Source: Antedon mediterranea
Lineage: Eukaryota; Animalia; Echinodermata
DNA length: 64,000 bases
Direction: 5' to 3'
Assembly (NCBI RefSeq): GCF_964355755.1
Contig: NC_092670.1
Coordinates: 24,476,795-24,540,794, forward strand
Position numbers and translations under genes: made by a program. Below the pieces are notes generated by a model. It did not search any database. It was not told where the DNA came from and saw only the letters and a list, made by a program, of their open reading frames with translations. Below are positions 41,081 to 55,513 of the stretch, in pieces (the first letter of the stretch is position 1; the number at the start of each line of letters is the position of its first letter).

Positions 41081-41732
41081 TTAGGTTAGTTTTTAAGTTC
41101 TGTAATAGGATTTAGGTTTGTCTAAATGATCTAAAAGAGGATGTTAGAAAGAAATCAGAGCGTCGTCAACACCTCGCTACTCCTGACCTTTTTTAAAAAT
41201 CAGATAATACTAATACGTACATTACATATAGTTACCAATCTGAGAGATTTGAAGACGGATTGTATTTTGCGTTTAATGCGAACGTCAACTGTTTTATACT
41301 TTTAAAATATACCGATTAATTCGAATGCATTTTTCTCTCAAATAGTGATAAAAACTGATCACGCATATACTTCTGCTAAATGTGTGACAAATACATACAT
41401 GTGTTCAAAATGCGTGTTTCATTAAAAATCACTTTAAATTGCGAGACCGTCCCGCACGATGCGAGACGCTTGGTAACTGCATTAATTTGTTTTTAAATAA
41501 TACTTTTTATTTCAACTTCATTTTACATTGAATATACCACTTTTCTTCATTGTTAAACATTACTATTAAAAATGTTCTACATGAAGTATACTCTCCGTGA
41601 CAAACACATGCATCTGTATGCATAATTTAATTATCCCATAGCGTTGGTTTTGGGTAAATTGAATCACCAGATGATTATCAATGTATATTGTTTACTTCAC
41701 TAACAAGTTCAATGTATTCTATTCCTTTAAAG

Positions 41733-42465
41733 TTTATTAGTCGCGTGGAAGCGACTCTATAGTTCACTATGTCGGTCAGTCGGTCTGTCGGTCTGTCGGT
41801 CTGTCTGTCGGTCCGGTATCACTATGCGTTTTATCGCTTTCTGACCTTATCTTGATATCAGTTTAATCTAGCTAAGTCAATTTTTCACAGTATATTCCTT
41901 ATGGCCAGGAATCGATGTGGTTATGTTTTCAAGGTGCGCAATAAAAAATTACGCGGTCTACGCACGATTTAACGAAATCACGTTTGTAATCATATCTTCA
42001 CAACCATGAATCACAATTAAATAAAATTTGGTACTCATAAATTTCAGGGCATAAATCATCATATGGCAATATAATTACGTGCGTAGTGCATGTAACGCAT
42101 GCGTACGCGCGCTTAAAATTTTCAAAATTTATTTTCGATGAAATAAGAGTACGTTTCAGTCAATTTTAAGCGTTTACAAAATTTCCATGAGTGCGCAGAT
42201 TTTTGCGCGCGCACTGCACGTTAAAATGTTATTGCGCACTCTTTTTGCCCGATTTCTGTTTTCTTGACTTACTTTTCAACTCGAAATTACGTTATACGAG
42301 CACGTCAAAAGTGACAGGCTACGCACGTGTAAATTAAAAAAATATAACTGTTTTTAAACATTTCAACATTTTTAAACATGTTCAGTAATTTTGGTCAGTT
42401 GGTAGGTTGGTCGGTCGGTTGGTAAACACTAAGCACGCAACTGCAGCCATCTATATGGCCTTGTT
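41733..42465 (+). mobile_element. Helentron-associated (DINE-1/HINE-like) non-autonomous element
   Basis: 5' subTIR AGTCGCGTG with local inverted copy, GTCG/GTCT microsatellite, 3' subTIR CACGCAACT, hairpin GCCATCTATATGGC and TTGTT end. Confidence 0.7.
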
Positions 42466-43379
42466 AATTGCCCATTGAGATATTTCAGCGCGTCTGATTG
42501 GCTACATCCTTCAACACATGCTATCTATATATACATTTACGTGAGTGAAGAATTCGGTAAATCGTTGGTTGGTTCGTACTTTCGGTACTGATTTTAACCA
42601 CCTGATGTAACCCTGTTTACTAATTAAATTGAGTTAGATAATTAGTTATTGACGTAAAACGAATTTAGGTTCAATGAGTTGCCCCAAATAGTGGTGTTTC
42701 CCTATCGTGGTATACACTGTCTAATGGATGTCCATCTTGAAAAATACCCGCACACTATAATACGAGGATGCTTCGCATTTACCTATCCTTCTACGATAAT
42801 TGTTTTAATAGCTGAAAACCGGCGACCTAGATGGTTATAGTTATATAAAATAATAGTAGCTTCGAAAGTCACTTTGTTTTGTTTACTTCTGACATAAATT
42901 GTATATTACGCGTCGACAACCAGTCAGTACATTTCAAATTTACTTTATTATGTTTTAATTCAACATTTTCCTTGCTAAATTTCATGTAGAATTGCATTTT
43001 GTGTTTTGTTTATTTTGCATACCGTAACGTAGCTGGATTGAAAGGAGTTGCATGGGACGGAGGACAAAGTTTGTGTGTCATGGCAAGGCGAGCTCAGGGT
43101 CCTGTTAGATTGCCTTGGTCGTATACAACTCCTCTTTGATTCTTTCTTACGTCTCTATCACGATGCATCAATTTCAGAGAAATATGCAAAAGAAGAGTTT
43201 GAATATACCTTTCATTAACATGAATGATGAATGATTGTAATAACAACCTTTGCTCACCGTAATATTTATTTCATATATTCTTGAAAATTATATTAAATTT
43301 TCTATCAGACAAAAGCATTCAACTTATCAAACAACAGCAACATTGTTGGTAATTATGCCTTAAAATTCATATTTCCATT

Positions 43380-46300
43380 TTAGGAACAACCTGGAACGTT
43401 GTATGCATGATCACACACACCAATGTTAGGATTGAACACAGTACCCGGTGCACAAGGTCTGTGCCACATCCTACCACCATTACATTCATAATAGTATGAA
43501 CAATCGTGTGAATCGGCGAATAAACCGTCTTGTTCACATTTGAAAGAATCACCATCCCCTCCACCATCTAGAAAACGAAATCAACATTAACCAATCAATA
43601 TTAGGGAACTGAGACATCAGCTGGTTTCAGGGTGTTTAATCGTTGTGAGTGGCCTCATCACCCAATATTCCAAGGCCAATACAATGTAAGATTAATCTAT
43701 TGCCTTTAATATGTTTTCATTCATTTTTAAATGAATTTAATAATTTGTTTTCTCTGATTTTTTTTTATGTTTATGCGGCACTTTTTCGTTTCATTTATCT
43801 GACTTTATTTTAACAGGAATTTTGTTTTTTTCCCAATTATTTATAATTTAATTTCTACTTGACTCTTACGACTTCATTAACATTTTCTGTTTTCTTGAAC
43901 TGTTTTCTTTATATTTACAAATTCGTCACTCATTACTTTTAGTGGTTGGTGGAGCTGGTTCCTGTGTCACTATTGGTTCCTGTGTCACTATTGGTTCCTG
44001 CTGTGTCAATATTGGTTCCTGTGTCACTATTGGTTCCTGTGTTACTATTGGTTTTTGTGTCATCGCAACCGGTTTCTTTGTGGTTGATATTGGTGGCGAT
44101 CCGTCATCCAATGCTTGTTTAATCTGGTTGATAAGAGGATATTTGCCAGATTCACACAATGAGCCACCAAAGTCATCAAGATCCAATGTCCATACGATCA
44201 CCCCTCCGAATCCACTGGCCTTCAGCCAGTTCAACTAACAACATCAAAACAATTTCTAATTAGAGCTATAATGAAGTCTCTTATTAAGCACTTTATTTTA
44301 TTTTCATGATAGTGGACCCACTGCAAAATATTAACCAATCAGAACGCATATAGATTAAATCATAGGTTACGTCATGGCTCCGGTTGGTTTTTCATATAAT
44401 GTGTACCATGAATGCAATGTTTTGGTTAAATGCTGGTTCATCGTGAGAATTCCAAGAATGTATTCACCTTTTGTAATATCCAGAGCCCAAGTAACTTCGA
44501 AAAAAATTTATTAATTTCCATACAATAAATGGTTAATTTCTTGAAAATACAGGTGGCTAACACGGTGAGAGGTAAAGAAAAACATATTTGCATTGTGTTT
44601 AAGTTCGAAGAAAATTCAATACTGTCGTCAAACATATAAAAAAATCATAAGCAACAACGGAATAAATTACGAAAAACAACCTTTTTATTTTAATTTTCTC
44701 AAAAGAATGTTATATCTTTTTTCGGAGTAAAGTGTTCATGCATTTTGTTTGTGCTGCTGATATATTTTATGGAAATGCTATATTTATCCGAATGTGCTAC
44801 TCGAAAAGAGGAGGGTAACACTGTCTCTTAGCCATCGGGATTTAGTTCCCTTTTGTGTTCTAGCCACTTACTTTGTGGTTGTTTGTTTATTTTTGTTTTT
44901 TATGTTTTTGGCAATAAAGAATAAGAATAAGAATTTAAGATTCATTGAGTTCCAAGTTTAAGCCTAGAAAGACGAACAAATGTTCTTGTGTTCCTCTATA
45001 GTGTAATGGTGTAATTTTTTATTTGTATAATATTTCTAATACCGTACTTGTCTAATCTTACTTTCTTAAATTGAAGTATGGTTAATTTATATTTAATACA
45101 ATCATAATTAGTAATCATTTTGTTCTGGTGAAGCCAGGTTTAAAGCTCTATTGAGCTTATTTGTTCTGTTTTTTCCCGGCTTTGCATATTTTATTTAAAA
45201 CTTTGAATTAATCTGTAACAACGTGTGTGATGCATTGTGAAATAAAACGAATAAAGATGATTCATAAAGATTGTGTAGATTATAAACATGCTGTTTAAGA
45301 ATAGATTTTGAAGTATGGATGTAGTTAATAATTAGGTCTACTATAAATTAACTAACAAAGTACCTTTATCTTGAAGCTATAAGAGTTATCATAGCCGACC
45401 CATTGGTTGCCTTTGTATATGTACGGGGCTTGAATATAATTGTCAAAAACGGTTGTTCCTCCTTCTTTGTCAATACGACAAACCTATTTAAATGGTAAAG
45501 ATGTTCATTAATTAGCAATGGAGTTGAAATAATATGTTAAAAGTATATTTCTTTTGTTGAGTTTCACCCAGTTAACAAAAGTAAATACAGTACATTCATA
45601 TTATTCAATGCAACTATTATTATGTTTCACCCATAACAACAAATAACTAGTAAAATTCAAAGTGCTCATACCAGTATAAACTCTCTTATTTCTCCAACTT
45701 CATAATTATGGGAGTCTAATTAATGCAGTTTCTTAAAATGATCTATTGAGATATTAAAATACTGTATATCTTATCAACGTAAATCAATTAAAATAAATAA
45801 ATGTTTAATCATTTATTTTATTAAATACAAATGTTGTATGCCCATGCCAACGATAATTTATATAGTGTAATTGAAAGCTATCGGAAAAAATAAAATGCAT
45901 GTGTATTACCTCATAATACGAGATGAAACCATTCTCCTTGGTGTAAATCCCGGCATTGCCTGCACCACTAACCGGAGCGCCAATTCCATTTACAGATGAG
46001 CTCAGTGTAAAAGACCGGCCGTACGTTGCAAACCCAATCATAAGTTTGTCTTTTGGGCATCCTCCATCCACCCATTTTTTAGCTGCCCAACTCTTATGAT
46101 TAAGAAATAAACACAATAATCTAGGAAGGTTTAAATTGAAGCCATTACAATAAAGTTAAGTAAGAGTAGTTACATTGTTGTTGTTGATGATGAACATATC
46201 ATCTTTTTCAAGCCGCGGTTTAAAGCTTGGTTCCCACTAGCGACGCAACCTACGCAACGTAACAAAGTGCCCTTCCGATAATTGTGTTTGCCCCCGCCTG

Positions 46301-49300
46301 CGTAAATTAAACCTGCGACTTTGCAGCACTGTTGCATCGTCGTTTCCCACTTGTGATTACGCAATACAGCACCTTGCGTCGATACGTCGCTTTTAAGCTT
46401 GGTTCCCACTAGCGACGCAACGTAGCGAAACCAACGCAACGTAAGAAAACGCACTTCCAATAATTGTGTTTGCCCCCACCAGCGTAAAATCAAACCTGCG
46501 ATGTTCTAGTGGGAACAACGCTTAAAAGGCCAATTTACACAGACGAGCGGGTAACGGTAAGCGGTAATAAGCGAAAACCCGCGTGGCTTTTCCCATTTAT
46601 ACAGCGCGCGGAGTTCGCAAAAGTAGGTGCGTGTAGGCCTCGAGGCTAATGCATGAATAAGTCACTGCTGGCCTGGATGTGACTGACTGTCGGTAGGCCT
46701 AGCACACACAGACCTAAGTTTTAGAAGGACTTTTTGCCTAATAACGTACTAAAATATATATTTTCTTTTCACTATCCTTATACGAACAATTAGTCACGTC
46801 GTAGGTGTTTGTATTTCTGAATAAAAAGAAGTTGCAAAACCCAAAGCACGTCTGGTAGAAGAGAGTCTATATGATATATGCAGATGATATATGTTTTCGT
46901 TTTGGCTGTCAGTTTATCATTGTCAAAACAATCCATTCTCTATGGTAAATTTTTTTAGCGAATACTGATTGTTAAACAAAAATAATTAAATTATTAAATA
47001 GAATATCAATACAAAAAAAAGCATGATTTAAAGAATAAAGAGCAGTAATTAAAAGTATTACGTCAAAAAATCAAGCGCCGTTTTTTGTAAGAAATATTTC
47101 TTGTTACAATTGCTTTGCGCGTAATGAACAATAATGAACTTACTATTGTAAGTTTTTCGTCATCACTGTTCGCGCCTTCAGGTGCTTTGAGGGCGCTGTG
47201 GTGACCAGTTACGGTTTCCCAAGAGCCATGAAGATCGTAAGACATCAAACCAATCCAATCCAACTCCCTAAAGTAATTCAAAGTACAATGATATCAGCAT
47301 TTCTATTGTATGTTGATGGCAACTTGTATTTCGAACTCAATTCCAAATAACCCGTTTACCTTGACAATAATTTTCAAATGAAAACGGAACACCAAAAGCC
47401 TCCACTGATTATTCACAAACAGAAAAAAATATATTTTCAGTAAAAAGAAAACATTCTAATGTTTTAATAAAGAATGAAACGTAATCCATTATGGCATCAC
47501 GTTGTCAAAAAGTGATACAATGTAACACTTATATATCATAAGAAAAACATATTTAAAGACTCCCCATATGCTACCGTACTACTGTATCACTGCGCACCAT
47601 TCAACCCTCACAATCATACTAAATTTCAAACAGATTAATCCTAAATTCACCCATTAATTAATACTAAATCAAATGAGATTATTAGTAGACCAACTAATTA
47701 TAAGTGAATAGTTGTTATACAATTTTTCCAACGGTGGTTGTTATATTATATTTTATTATATTATTATCATATTATTTTTTCAAATTTTGTCTAGGCCTAC
47801 CGTGGTATTAGTTTTATTTTATTTATTATTTTTAATTATTTGTTTATTAATTTATTTTTATTTTATTGTAAAGGCAATCCCTCCACAAGATTCTAATTTT
47901 TGGGGGGGATCCTGCCTTCGTCCATTTTTCTAAATTATCTCTTGCCATTATTGTTTTTGTTACTTTTTGTCTTTTGGACGTAAATACATGTTTTTTTAAC
48001 TGAATTGAATACATCATGGACGAAAAAAATAAATAAATCATTTCCTCCATGGCATAAGATACGATAAGATAATAAGATTTATAGAGCGCACATATCCACA
48101 AAGTGCTCATGAACTTACTTTGCTATTTTGGCGATTTCATATCCACCATCAATATTTAATTCTCCAGCAGCTACAGCAGCTGACAGTAGCAGTGTGGTAT
48201 TACCAGTGTCTGCAGCCTCCTTGTCATACGCAGCACGGAGTTCCTATCAAAATAGTACAATCGATTGATTCATTTACTGTATTCATAATTCATATTTAAT
48301 ATACCGATCAATCATGAACCGGTAGATTGGCAGATCGATGTTAGTAATCAATTATAAGTTTACCAATACATTGAGATTATGGTTGTTGGAAAATTAATAA
48401 TATTTAGTTTATATTTATTTATTAATGTATTTATAATTATACATTATACTAACCCAACAAACGTTCTAATATGAATTTTAAAATCACTTTGAATTCTTTC
48501 CATAATAATTATTGATAATAATATTAATAATAATAATAATAACACTACTAATAACAATAATAATAATAAAAATAATAAGTCATCTTACCTGAACCAAAAG
48601 TGTGAAACGTTGTTTATCCTCTGGAGGGCTCCCTCTAGCACCTGGATATTCCCAATCCAAATCCAATCCATCAAAATCACGATCTCTTAAGAATGTAATC
48701 GAGTGAGAGATAAACTTCGCTCGATTAGCCTCCGTTGCCACCATCTTCGTGAAGTCAGCAGATCCCATGTTCCAGCCGCCGACAGCGAGTGCAACTTTCA
48801 GGTCTGGGTTTTCTTGTTTTAAGCTAGTTACCTAATTAAAATAAAGAATAGATTATTATTCGTATTTTTCCAGTTAGTTACCTGTCAATCGAATAATAGG
48901 AAAAAACCGAAATAATAATAACAATGTTAATATAATAAAATAGAAGATTGATCAGATATCATATTATATATCAGATATAAGCCCTATCTGAAGAGGTTTT
49001 TTAGCCGGATGAAGGCGACTAAATTTTGCTAAAGCCGTTAACATTACCGTATAGATTTACAGGTTTTAATTTATTATACCAGGTGTACACTAAAAGACGG
49101 AAAATACGGTGGTGCGAACACATTAATTCATTTATGTATTATCTTACGGACGGTATAATTAGTAATTTTCTAATATCTTATCTCTAATCTCTACATAGAG
49201 CCCAGTACCAGTAGTAGACATTGAAATGCATGTACATCTGGATATTATGATCATTGTTTATCAAAAAACAGGGAAATTGCATCTAAACTTTCGTGATTAT

Positions 49301-49893
49301 TAGAAGAGTATGTCTTATAAGGCTTACCTGATCATACATACCAACTGACCATTCCGTAGATTCATCATTCCATTCAAATGGTGCTAATAATCCGTTTTCC
49401 ATTTTGGCAAAGGAGTAAACTATGTGGGTGCAAAGGGAGGGGTCAATATTAGCGGGTGTGTACTTGGCAACATCCGATCGATACTGAGCCCAATTTGTGT
49501 AGTAACATATACGTTTGTAGCCTTCACTAAATTCTAGATTATAATAAAAGAAAATATTTTATTCAGAATGAGGATATTCACCTCTTACTAAGATTAGACG
49601 CAACGCAAGGACCTAGACGCAACGTAAGCGAATGCATGACAAGCGACAATACATCTCTTGTGATTGGTAAACAATCATTTACGTTTGCGCATCTAGTGAT
49701 CATTACTGATAGCGGCTATTCTAAAAATAAACATTTATTTTCTCATGACACCCTCATCCTCACCACGCAACTCAGTTTATTTGCCCACCAGTACAAATAG
49801 CCTTCATGGTTTGGTTATAAATTAACATTGTGATATAAAACACAACATACCTACAATGCCGAAGAAGAGAGCTGCAACCAAGATCAACTTCAT
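43380..49893 (-). CDS. Secreted GH18 chitinase with Pro/Thr linker and C-terminal CBM14 (chitotriosidase/AMCase-like), copy 1
   Basis: Exons 49893-49851, 49533-49328, 48831-48589, 48243-48119, 47267-47144, 46092-45910, 45483-45364, 44234-~43937, 43567-43380. Signal peptide, [10 protein letters not shown], intact [28 protein letters not shown], 6-Cys CBM14. Confidence 0.93.
43958..44062 (-). repeat. Coding 18-bp minisatellite (PIVTQE)x5-6 in the chitinase linker
   Basis: Repeated CCAATAGTGACACAGGAA on the - strand. Confidence 0.9.
46221..46525. mobile_element. Harbinger-like MITE(s) in a chitinase 1 intron
   Basis: AAGCTTGGTTCCCACTAG (twice) .. CTAGTGGGAACAACGCTT inverted ends, with TAA/TTA flanks. 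Confidence 0.6.
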
Positions 49894-50273
49894 CTCTATC
49901 TATAAAAACGAAAATACTAATCCACCACATTATATAGCAGGGTAGAATGTTGTAATCTCACTATTCCTTGATTTATTCATTCACATTTATTCAGCAATAT
50001 ATATTTACATTATATAAAATGTAGTCGTAAGACCCTTTGAAAAAAAGAAATATCACTAAGAAAATCATGAAATAAAGTTGAGGAAGAAAACAAAAAGTAT
50101 AAAAGTAAATAATATATCGAGATAGCAAAAACAAAAATGATAAAAGTAAATAATATATCGAGATAGCAAAAACAAAAATGATAAAAGTAAATAATATATC
50201 AAGATAGCAAAAACATATGGTGGCGATACAATCTACCCCCAGTTAGAAACTATTTACAGAAATAGAGACTTAC

Positions 50274-50340
50274 CTCGATTATATTTAATATCAAAGTTGA
50301 AATTGATTGCTCTAGTTGTTCTTGAATCTTTATATAGTCT
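50274..50340 (-). promoter_or_regulatory. TATA box and short non-coding first exon of chitinase 1
   Basis: CTATATAAAG at ~50329-50338 and donor GAG|GTAAGT at 50274; same layout upstream of copy 2. Confidence 0.6.
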
Positions 50341-51882
50341 CTGGATACTGTTATCTCCACGAGACATCGACATCAATGTTGGCTATCCCTTCCTGATTTT
50401 GTGGAAAACCAACACACCTTCTAAAGGATAGTCAGTTCAATTCTGATGTGTTCGCCTTTAGAGACTGGTCGATATGTTATAGCACCATGGCCTGCCTTAT
50501 TTTCTGTGGTCAAATAAATCTTGGAATTGTGCGTATAAACATGGGTGCAGAATGTCTTTTAACCTCTACAATATTGTTACTTTATGCAAGGACGACGTAC
50601 GCACAATGCAAATAATTTGACCAATCACAATCTACAATTCGAATGATCCTTCTCTTAGGATTGGTCAAATTGTCTTGGCATTTTATCCTTGCTTCCAACC
50701 AACTGGAAACCACGCTTCAACGTAATAACAATGTCTAGAGAAAACCACTGTTTTACTATGGCTCGGATCGTTTCAAAATAATAAAATAAGAAATGAGTCA
50801 AAATTATCATTATAATATTATTCATTATTATATTATTATTATTTGTTGTTAAATCATCATCGAATTAGAAAGCGTACTATCGAATAGAAGCGCGGTTTGT
50901 TTGGTTTATAAGAGCATTCCAATTGGCCATCATTCGTAATACAATAGTAAAAAGTAAGGGATGATTATGTTATTTTCTTTGTTTGTAGTTTAAGTGAACG
51001 CACCTTTATTTATAGGTGTGCCGCTGTTATAAAAGCGTATGTTCAATAAAATAACATATATTTATATACATTTAAATTCACCTCGTTCAGAGTTCTTTAC
51101 GCTCAAGTAGAGGCACATACTTTAATTGTTTAAAATGTATCGTTATCACTTTTTATACAGTTTTGTCTTAACATGGCGCATGCAAAAATCAGTGTGTTTT
51201 GTAGTTAGTTACTTTCTCGTACCGGTATAATATTGAATATGTTGTATCGAAATGTTCTTGTCAACCAACACCGTACAATGTTCGGCGTCTCTTTGTTTCC
51301 CTTTATCCTGCCATCTTTCAGATAAATCATTTAATATCCAGATATTTTGCTTTTTATTGGTTCCCATAAACTTTCAGATGAAAGTTTTTCCAATATTTTA
51401 ATTAACCAGTATTGGAATTAAATGAACTTTAATGAATATACAATAATACATTTATTGTTCAAATAAGATTTATTTTTTTATCACATTGAAATCAGCAAAA
51501 CTCTCAAAAAAGTAACAATTGGAAAAATGATAATCTTTTTATTCAGTCTTGATTATGGTTAAGCCATTATATTTGTTCTCATTTTAAGAACAACCTGGGA
51601 CATTGGCGGGCCAATCACATGCATTATTGGCTGGGTTGAAAACAGTGCCACTTCCGCAAGGTTTGTGCCACATGTTACCGCCTGAACATTGATAATAGTA
51701 TGCGCAATCGTCTGGGTCGGCAAATACACCGTCTTGTTGGCATGTGAACGAACCACCACCTCCTCCACCATCTAGAATACAATATAAACTGTCATTAACT
51801 AACCATTTAAATTTAGTAGGTATTTAAAATCCGTTTGCTGTTTTATGTCGTAGGCCTATCTGCATATTTAACTATTTTATAC

Positions 51883-52055
51883 TCGGTGGCGTAACGCAGA
51901 GACATGAGACCCCTGTTGTTTTGAAACCCTAAGTGGCCCTCCAATTACGCTGGAGGCCTCGGACGTATTTAGCCCTTTTCGACATATTTTATTGTCTTTT
52001 GGCCCACATTAGCTCCGGACCTCCTGGGTTTAGCCATATCCGTTATACGCCACTG
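51883..52055. mobile_element. Short hAT-like MITE
   Basis: CGGTGGCGTAA .. TACGCCACTG inverted ends. Confidence 0.5.
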
Positions 52056-53907
52056 ATTACACTGAAGCCTCTCCATAAGTCATTTTTTCCGGCTCCAAAT
52101 ATTCATCAGTCACATATAGTTCGTAAATAATAATATTCTTTATTCATTTCTTAAATAAAGGCATTAAATTATTTCTTTTTTCTTTTATTCATAATTGATT
52201 TTATCTATTTTTATACAACATGGGAGGCCTTTTTTCACATATTATTTGTACTATTTTGTGATTTCATTTTAAGTGATATGTTTCAGTGTAGTTTTCTAAT
52301 TTACAAATTCGTCACTTACTACTTTTGGTGGTTTGTGGGGCTGGTTTCTGTGTCACTATTGGTTTCGGTGTCACTACTGGTTTATTTGTGGTAGGTTTTG
52401 GCGGTGAGTATGTTGGCACTGGTCCTGGACCTGATCCACCACCATCTAAAGCATTTTTAATCTGGTTGATGAGAGGATATTTGCCAGACCCACATACTGA
52501 ACCACTGAAGTCATCGAGATCTAATGCCCATACGATCACACCTCCGTATCCATTTTTCTTCAGCCAGTCCAGCTAACGATGGTAAATAAGAAAAATATAA
52601 ACATATACGCAACCATTAATGATACGTTTATTTTGTTCCAAATTGAAAGGAGAGTTTGTGGTTGCTCATTTCAATAGTAACAGTAATAATAATTGTTGTG
52701 TCCAGAAAGGAAATTATATTGGTAAAGCCTAATTAACCAATATTTACTAGGTTGAAATGAAAACATGAAACATGCGACTGTAGTTATACCTTTTACTAAT
52801 ATACTATAGTTATTGACTAGCGAAGTGTGTGTACCTTAATCTTATAGCTGGCGGAGTCATCATAACCAACCCATTGGTTACCGTTGTGCATATATGGAAC
52901 TTGTATATCACTGTCGAAAATTGATTTCCCGCCATCTTTCGTCATACTGCAAGCCTAAAAATTTAAAATAGTTGAGTAGTCCTACTTTGAAATGTTGTTA
53001 ACTAGTTAGTAAAAGAAATAGGTGGCGATTCATGGACTTTCCCATTGAAATAACATGACTGAAATTATAATTAACAAACACACAGAGAATCACAGGATCC
53101 AATCAAACTAGAATTAGAATGTTTTTTTATCAAAAGGTTCAGAAGCATTTTCGACAAAAAAAAAACCTAGAACTGATTTTGAAATGTTGTTTTTACAGTT
53201 TTGTCGTTATTGTTAATTGATAAACGTTTTAAAATCGAAATTGTTGTAACATCCAAAATGTCTTTAATTTTATTTTAAATTGTTGTATTAAAATGCGGTT
53301 TTAATGTCTTCTATAAGTTAGTACGTCCATTTTTTAAGTATAAACCTCATTTCGAAGGAATGGCATGGGCAAGATTGATCCACTTTATATTTTTTCGATC
53401 GATACCGTAAGTAAGTTTAGAATTTAATTGACTTTAATTGAGTACTGATCACCGGGGTGGTGTCATTAGATTGGTCTGAAAGCACCACTGTCATGTGTCA
53501 TTTAGTTTAGACAAATCTTTCGTTCGAAAAACTTTTTTAAATATACATTTGTGTGATAGTTGAGCTTGTTGCGTGTTACTGCTTAGGATACCTCATAGTA
53601 GGAGATGAAACCCTTCTCTCTGGTGTAAGTCCCGGCATTGCCTGCACCACTAGCTGGAGCGCCAATTCCATTTGCAGATGAGCTTAGCGTGAATGACCGG
53701 CCGTACGTTCCAAATCCAATCATGGGTTTATCCTTTGGGCATCCTCCTTTCACCCATTTGTCAGCTGCCCAAGTCTAAGAAATAAATCGAAACATTTTAA
53801 AAATCTATACAAAATTAATTATAAGCTGAATTTGTTTTCGATGAATATGACGTAAACCAATGAGTTAATGATGAGTGAGGGTAGATCCTTACTAGTAATA
53901 ACAATAA

Positions 53908-54520
53908 TAACTAGAGGGTACTCCGAGAGTACAAACCTCCGCCTACTGTAAAATTCCCCAACATAAAATGCCCCCTGAATATTTTTTTTTTACATTTTTT
54001 TTTATTAGTTCTAAGTGTAAATATGTTAAAAGCACACTACAAAGTTGTGGATGACAGTGTGGTGTAATGGTTATGTATCCAGCCTCTCACAGTTGAGATC
54101 GCTGGTTCAAGTCCCACTGAGGGTTTTTTTTTTTTTATTATTTTTTTATTTTTTATTTATTTTTTTTTTGTGGACATTGATCTTTGACCCTGACCCTTCA
54201 AAATTTAACCACAATTATATGATGTGTCATTGATCATTGTGGCTAAGTTTGGTGAGAATCGGATCAAAACTGTGGTCTCTAGGCAGTAAAATAGTTTTTT
54301 GTTAGTTGTGACCTTGACCTATGACCTTTCCCCCTCAAATTCGAACTCGTCCGAGCTTTTTGGGCATAGATCATTGTGTCCAAATTTGGTTAGAATCAAA
54401 TAAAAACTGTGGCCTCCAGGCTGTTCACAGACACACACACAAACACACAAACACACAAACACACAAACACACACACAAACATACAGGGGTGAAAACATAA
54501 CCTCCTTGGCGGAGGTAATA
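53908..54520 (-). mobile_element. Helentron/HINE-like element containing a tRNA-like segment
   Basis: Minus-strand start TTATTACCTCCGCCAAGGAGGTTATG, (GTGT/GTTT)n microsatellite, TGACCTT repeats, other end GGCGGAGGT..GTACTCTCGGAGTAC..CTAGTT. A/B-box-like segment at 54051-54120. Confidence 0.7.
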
Positions 54521-55114
54521 ATAACTTACTATTGTAAGTTTGTTGTCTTCATTGCTCGCACCTTTGGGTGCATTGAGGGCGCTATGATGACCAGTTACTG
54601 GATCCCAGGAGCCATGAAGATCGTAAGACATCAAACCAATCCAATCCAACTCACTAAATTCAAAGTGCAATGACATCAGAATTTCTACTTTATTTCGAAA
54701 GCAACTTGTATTTCGAACTCAATTTAAAAAAACAGCCGTATACCTTGACATTAATTTTCAAAAGAAAAGGAAACACCAAAAGCCTCCACTGATTATTCAC
54801 AAATAAAAAAAATATATATTTTCAGTAAAAAGGAAAACATTCTAAATGTTTTAATAAAGAATGAAACGTTATCCATTATGGCCTCACGTTGTCAAAATGT
54901 GATACAATGTAATACTTATAAATCATAAGAAAAAACATATTTAAAGACTCCCCATATGCTACCAGTGGGCCTAGACAAAAGTTGAAAAAATAGTATGTAA
55001 AATAACCGTCGGAAAAAATGTATAACAATTATTCACTTATAATTAGTCGGTCTACTAATAATCTCATAACAGATTGATCCTAAATTCACCCATTAAATAC
55101 TAAATCAAATGAAT

Positions 55115-55513
55115 TAGGGTTGGTGAGTACCCTGCCAAAATACGCTAGAATTTTGCCAAAATACCCAAATTGAGGAGGCTATGCTTTGCCAAAATACGCA
55201 AATCATGCCAAAATACGCAAATCTGCTTTGCCAAAATAATAATAATAATAATAATAATAAATAATATATTTATACAGGATAAAACAATCAGATAACAGTG
55301 TATCTGTTTTACATTGTGGTCCTGTCTTAATCAAAATACACAAATTTGGCATGATTTGCGTATTTTGGCATGATTTGCGTATTTTGGCAAAGCATAGCGC
55401 CCTCAATTTGCGTATTTTGGCATGATTTGCGTATTTTGGCAAAGCATAGCCTCCTCAATTTGGGTATTTTGGCAAAATTCTAGCGTATTTTGGCAGGGTA
55501 CTCACCAACCCTA
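55115..55513. mobile_element. MITE with TAGGGTTG termini and TGCCAAAATACG subterminal repeats (hAT-like)
   Basis: TIRs TAGGGTTGGTGAGTACCCTGCC / GGCAGGGTACTCACCAACCCTA; absent from the paralogous intron in copy 1. Confidence 0.8.

Noticed and set aside
48985-49050. CTGAAGAG..hammerhead-like start in a chitinase intron (also ~56750)
   Set aside because: No correctly placed GAAA box or stem III; at best a decayed remnant.
54051-54120. Possible tRNA genes here and at 9390 and 27288
   Set aside because: A/B boxes are present but the acceptor and anticodon stems do not pair properly; they are embedded in repeats, so SINE-like.
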